Assembly (NCBI GenBank): GCA_963794325.1
Contig: CAWCDG010000002.1
Location: forward strand, 416,001 to 480,000
DNA from: an uncultured delta proteobacterium
GTDB lineage: Bacteria > Desulfobacterota > Binatia > Binatales > Binataceae
Direction of reading: 5' to 3'
Length of the DNA: 64,000 bases
The stretch's first letter is position 1. Each line of letters opens with the position of its first letter. Under the pieces are notes generated by a model. It worked only from the letters and a program-made list of their open reading frames with translations, was not told the origin of the DNA and searched no databases. This document shows, one piece after another, positions 59,844 to 64,000 of this stretch. The position numbers and the translations under genes were made by a program.

Positions 59844-60148
59844 GCGGGACTCGCTACTCGCATCAGCTTGATCGCATGCTCGGGGCACGCGATCACGCAC
59901 AGTCCGCACGCGTGACATTCGTCGGCCCGAATCGCGAACGCTTGCCGATTGCCGTGCACCCACGCCTTCACTCGCGCGACCAGCGGGATTGCATGCTTGT
60001 CTTCATCGGCCAGCTTGCGCACTTCGAAAACGTCGTAGGGGCAAGCTTCGACGCAATCTTCCTTGGCCTCGCATCGCGTGCGATCGATCACCGGCGCGAA
60101 GATTCCTGCATCCTGCTTGCACTCCGCTTTCCGCGATTCGCTTGCCAC
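59840..60148 (-). CDS. Dicluster-type ferredoxin
   Basis: CEAKEDCVEACP and CHACGLCVIACP; GTG start inferred. Confidence 0.85.
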   Translation of the reverse strand: MASESRKAECKQDAGIFAPVIDRTRCEAKEDCVEACPYDVFEVRKLADEDKHAIPLVARVKAWVHGNRQAFAIRADECHACGLCVIACPEHAIKLMRVASPA

Positions 60149-60156
60149 CCGCGTTC

Positions 60157-61866
60157 TTATCCCACTTTCACCAGCACGCTTTCGATGAACCGCGAATCGA
60201 TCTCGCGCTCGCCGCCGAGGTTCGCGAATTCTTCTTCGATCAGATTCAAGCATGAATTCAGGAATGCCGAGGTGCGCTTTCGCGTCGCGTCGTCCATCCG
60301 CTCGGCCAGCGCGTGATTTATCCTGGTGCGAAATGCGTCGCTGAGGACGCCCGGCTGTCCGGTCATAATCGCCGCGCGCATCGCATTCAGCCGGCTGCCC
60401 TCGATCGGATCGATCGTCAAACGGTCGTCGAGCGCCAGCCGCGCGAGCCCGGTCAGAACCAACTGGCTGAGGCGCACGTCGCGCGCTGCCATCTGCGCGC
60501 GGAAGTTCGGCGACGAGATATCGATCGCAAACAACGCCCGGAACAATTCCGCGGCCGAATCGATCTGATCGAGAATCGCGTAGCTGAGATGCAAATCGCG
60601 CATGCTGCTGAAATCGCGCATCTCGACCGCGCCGCTGCCATCAAGCCCGCTGTAGAATCGCGGCTGTCGCGCCATGAAACCTGCGAGCGCCTCCTTATAA
60701 GGAGAGTCGAGGTACGAAATCTCGCGCACCTTGACGCTCGACAGGCCGAGTTTCTTGAGCGTCAACTCGGTGCTGGTCCGCAGATCGATCGTCAAGCTGA
60801 CCCCGAGGCGAAACAGTAGTTTCAGCGGCGTATCGCGCAGATGCTCGATCGCGCTCTGCAAGTCGCCGCCCGCCAGATGCTCGAGCGCCAGGTTCAAATA
60901 ATGATGCGTCATCTCGACTGCGACGCGCACCGCTTCGAGATCGCCGAAGTCCACCGCGCGCGCGACCAGCACCTGGTTGCTGACCATCGCCATCTCGCTG
61001 CGAAGCTGACGTTTCCCCTGCGCGGCGAATCCCGCGGTGAGCGCGGTGTTGAACAGCGACACGTCGCCGTCGGCAATCGCCGGCGCCATCTCGGGACTGA
61101 TCACTTCGTTATCGTCGGGCAAGTCGGCGCGGCTCGGCGGCTCGTACCCGGCGCGAATCGTCAAAAACTGCTCAGGCTTGAGGTACGCGAACACACTTTG
61201 CGCCTCGAAGAAGTCCGGAAAGCCGCGATCGCTCAAACGCGCCCGCCGGAACTGGTAGGCCTCTTCCTCGAGCTCGGCCTCGACCCCCCAATAGATTTCT
61301 TCCATCAGGCCGCCGAAGTAGTTGTAGTCGCGCTCGAACGCCTCTTCGAGGAAATCCGAAATGTGCTGCGAGATCGCGTCGTGACGGATGAACTCGATCA
61401 GATAATTTTCATCATATTGCGCGAAGCGGTTCGCGGTCGCGTCGGGTGACGATGCGGCGTCATCGATCCGATGCACCTTTATATAGCCGCGCAGCAGGAT
61501 CGACATCATCTCCATGTCGAGCCCCATCAGCGCATCGGCAAGTTTGCGCCGCCCGCCGTCGGCCATCGCTTCGATCCATTCGCGCATCCGATGCACGTTG
61601 GGCCGGTCGCGATTCCAGCAATCCAGATCGAACAGCGACTTGACCTGCTCCGGCATCGCGAGGCTGAGCAGATCGCCGGCGTCCGCGCTCCCGATTTCCT
61701 TGAGCGTGTAGAAAAGCGTCTCTGGCGAAAACGACTGGACCAGCCGCTCGGCCTCGGGCGCCGACAGAATCAAGTCGCGCTTCTGACGCGCAGGAAGGCC
61801 ATACAGGAATTCCAGCTTCTCCTGGAACGGAAGATTCAGAAATTCCGATTCGCCTCTTACCGCCAT
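60157..61866 (-). CDS. Conserved hypothetical protein (DUF6178-like)
   Basis: LFYTLKEIG..DA...PEQV..LFDLDCW, EEEAYQFRRARL.DRGFP. Family recalled from memory; no search run. Confidence 0.65.
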   Translation of the reverse strand: MAVRGESEFLNLPFQEKLEFLYGLPARQKRDLILSAPEAERLVQSFSPETLFYTLKEIGSADAGDLLSLAMPEQVKSLFDLDCWNRDRPNVHRMREWIEAMADGGRRKLADALMGLDMEMMSILLRGYIKVHRIDDAASSPDATANRFAQYDENYLIEFIRHDAISQHISDFLEEAFERDYNYFGGLMEEIYWGVEAELEEEAYQFRRARLSDRGFPDFFEAQSVFAYLKPEQFLTIRAGYEPPSRADLPDDNEVISPEMAPAIADGDVSLFNTALTAGFAAQGKRQLRSEMAMVSNQVLVARAVDFGDLEAVRVAVEMTHHYLNLALEHLAGGDLQSAIEHLRDTPLKLLFRLGVSLTIDLRTSTELTLKKLGLSSVKVREISYLDSPYKEALAGFMARQPRFYSGLDGSGAVEMRDFSSMRDLHLSYAILDQIDSAAELFRALFAIDISSPNFRAQMAARDVRLSQLVLTGLARLALDDRLTIDPIEGSRLNAMRAAIMTGQPGVLSDAFRTRINHALAERMDDATRKRTSAFLNSCLNLIEEEFANLGGEREIDSRFIESVLVKVG

Positions 61867-61994
61867 ATGCCTCGCCGCATGTGTTGCATCAAAGGCAAAG
61901 TACCGCGCGCTTCCACAACCGATCAACTAAGCCCGCATCTTTCGCTTGACCGCGCCCTCAGATAAGATCTTTCACATCGCATCAGAGCCGATTC

Positions 61995-62801
61995 TTGGCC
62001 TCTCCCAACTCGAAACATCCTGTCGCACTGACGATTGCGGGAAGCGATCCCGGCGGCGGTGCCGGCCTCCAGGCCGACCTTAAAACCTTCGCCGCGCTCG
62101 GCGTGTACGGATATTCCGTCATCACCGAGGTCATCGCGCAGAACAGCTTTCGCGTTGCCGAGGTCGAAAACGTAACTGTCGAGATGGTCGAGGCGCAGCT
62201 TAACACGCTGGCCCTCGAATACGTTCCGCGCGCGGTCAAGACCGGGGTGCTGGCCAACGCGTCGATCGTCAAGGCGGTCGCGCGCGCCATCGAACGTCTC
62301 AAATTGCCGGCGCCCGTGGTCGATCCCGTGATCGTGTCGAGCAGCGGCGCGCTGCTGATCGGGCCAAAAGGCGAGCGCGCGATTCGCAAGCGGCTGATTC
62401 CGATCGCGCGTATCGTGACGCCCAATATTGCCGAGGCCGAAGTGCTGTCGCGCATTCGAATCGATTCCGACGCCGCGATTCGCGAGGCCGCGATCAAGAT
62501 AATCAAGCTCGGCGCGCGAGCGATCGTCATCAAGGGCGGCCATCGCAGGGACAACCGGTACGCAAAGGATTTGTTTTACGATGGTCGCCGTTTCATCGAG
62601 CTCAAAAGCCCGCGAATCGCAGGCGGCGGTGCGCATGGAACAGGATGCGCGTTCTCGGCGGCGATCGCGGCGCATCTGGCGCGCGGCGCAAGCCTAGAGG
62701 ACGCGGTCCGCGGCGCGAAACGCTACGTGACCGCTGCGCTCAGGCACAGCTTCAAACTGGGCAAGGGCCGCGCCCTCCTCGATCACTTCGCGCGCAGCTG
62801 A
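61995..62801 (+). CDS. thiD: Hydroxymethylpyrimidine/phosphomethylpyrimidine kinase
   Basis: [43 protein letters not shown]. Confidence 0.95.
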   Translation: MASPNSKHPVALTIAGSDPGGGAGLQADLKTFAALGVYGYSVITEVIAQNSFRVAEVENVTVEMVEAQLNTLALEYVPRAVKTGVLANASIVKAVARAIERLKLPAPVVDPVIVSSSGALLIGPKGERAIRKRLIPIARIVTPNIAEAEVLSRIRIDSDAAIREAAIKIIKLGARAIVIKGGHRRDNRYAKDLFYDGRRFIELKSPRIAGGGAHGTGCAFSAAIAAHLARGASLEDAVRGAKRYVTAALRHSFKLGKGRALLDHFARS

Positions 62802-62969
62802 ATCTTCGTCGCGCGCTGGCCTTGCCCGCGAGCATCAAACTCCAAAGTAAAAAATTTACCAAAAAAGGATTTTGCGAGGTTGATATTGCTTCGTCGAGCG
62901 AACGAATGGTATTAAAAGTGTACTTTTCGTAGCTTAAATGCCGGCCCGGGGGAAAGGGGGAACGTTGGT

Positions 62970-64000
62970 ATGGTGCGCAGGGGAATTTTTGGCATTGCAG
63001 CTATCGGGATGATCGCGGCGCTCTCATTTTGGGGCGCGAGCGCAGCTTACGCGCGGAACTCATCCGCTGCGGTTCCGAGCTGCGGATCTAACGCGGTCGG
63101 CATCGAGTTCAAAAACGAGCTGAGCTATCCAATCTGGCTCGGCGAGCAGGGTCCGTCCGTCATCGCGCCGATCGTAAAGGGCGACATCGATTGGAAAATT
63201 GGGAAGGGCAAGTCCGTGGATCTTTGCCTGCCCAAGGGCTACGCGAGCGCTAACTTCTGGGCCCGCACCGAGTGCCAGTTCGACACCTACTACCCGACCA
63301 GCTGCAGCAAAACGAACAAGTGCGGCGCCGGTGAGGACTGCTTCGGCGGGCGATGCGTTCCCGATTGCAGCGGTGATCAGACCGACGCGTACTGCCAGAC
63401 ACAATTGTCCGGCAATCCCAATGCGACCTGCTTCGACAGTAAATACTGCCTCGTGACTCCGATTTGCGCGACCGGAGACTGCAACGGGCAGTACTCGTGT
63501 ACCACTAGTTCAAAAGGGACGGTAACCAGGATTGGTCCCTCGGGGCCGACTTCTCTGTTTGAGCCAACCGTCGATCAGAACGACAACAAGACCTTCTACG
63601 ACGTCAGCCTCGCCTCGGGATACAACGTGCCGATCGAGGTTACGCCTTCGATCACTCCCTCGGGAACTTGCCAGGGATCCAAATGCGTCTCCGATCTGCT
63701 CACTTCCTGTGCCTCGGCCCTGCAGATTACCACCGCGCCGACTGCGACCGTCGGACCGATCAATTGCGGCGTCGGACTCTACTGCCAAAGCGGCGCATGC
63801 GTGAACCAGACATGCGTGATCGGATGCAACGATCCCGGCGACCAGTGCACCAGTATCGACCCGAACTGCACCAATCCAGCCAACGACGGGGCGCTCCAGT
63901 GCTGCACCAACGTTCCAAGCGGAGCCGGCTTCACCGCCGATGGCGCTGACTTCGTGGATATGTACCTGGTCAAGAACTATTCGGGAGCAATAGACTCGGC
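62970..64000 (+). CDS. Secreted thaumatin-like (PR-5/GH152-like) Cys-rich protein, 3' truncated
   Basis: Open frame from ATG 62970 to the window end. Signal peptide, then FKNELSYPIW, FWARTEC, CATGDC, PTSLFE, FYDVSLASGYNVP, C.SDLLTSC..LQ. Confidence 0.85.
   Translation, partial: MVRRGIFGIAAIGMIAALSFWGASAAYARNSSAAVPSCGSNAVGIEFKNELSYPIWLGEQGPSVIAPIVKGDIDWKIGKGKSVDLCLPKGYASANFWARTECQFDTYYPTSCSKTNKCGAGEDCFGGRCVPDCSGDQTDAYCQTQLSGNPNATCFDSKYCLVTPICATGDCNGQYSCTTSSKGTVTRIGPSGPTSLFEPTVDQNDNKTFYDVSLASGYNVPIEVTPSITPSGTCQGSKCVSDLLTSCASALQITTAPTATVGPINCGVGLYCQSGACVNQTCVIGCNDPGDQCTSIDPNCTNPANDGALQCCTNVPSGAGFTADGADFVDMYLVKNYSGAIDS

Noticed and set aside
61867-61994. Possible TPP riboswitch upstream of thiD
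   Set aside because: I did not find the conserved GCTGAGA and CCTGA..GGGA core in this short gap.

Overview
GC-rich bacterial chromosomal segment. Gene content suggests a diderm, Deltaproteobacteria-like organism such as Ca. Binatia, but this is inference only. The left end (1-4512) is the tail end of a phage-like contractile-tail module. It ends in a large beta-helix tailspike-like protein that carries an apparent Sec signal peptide. The rest is mostly housekeeping: murF, recD2, argS-SPOR, a trpEGDCFBA-accD-folC-lptD cluster, polA with an ECF sigma/anti-sigma pair, a GldA/F/G-like ABC system, acpS, uvrD/pcrA, rlmE and thiD. Accessory genes include an Nmad3-like protein, a RelE/ParE TA pair, an arylsulfatase, DegT aminotransferases and a GT-C glycosyltransferase. 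Signals the ORF track misses: (i) a rhodanese-CBS gene split by an in-frame TGA followed by a SECIS-like hairpin (candidate selenoprotein); (ii) a 26-aa WWRW trp leader peptide with terminator/antiterminator; (iii) a secreted, Cys-rich thaumatin-like protein running off the right end; (iv) at least five families of intergenic palindromic repeats, including a ~110-bp three-hairpin element in three copies; (v) three +1 frameshifts (murF, a DegT gene, GT-C), most likely sequencing errors. I recognised no tRNA, rRNA, CRISPR array, integrase or transposase.
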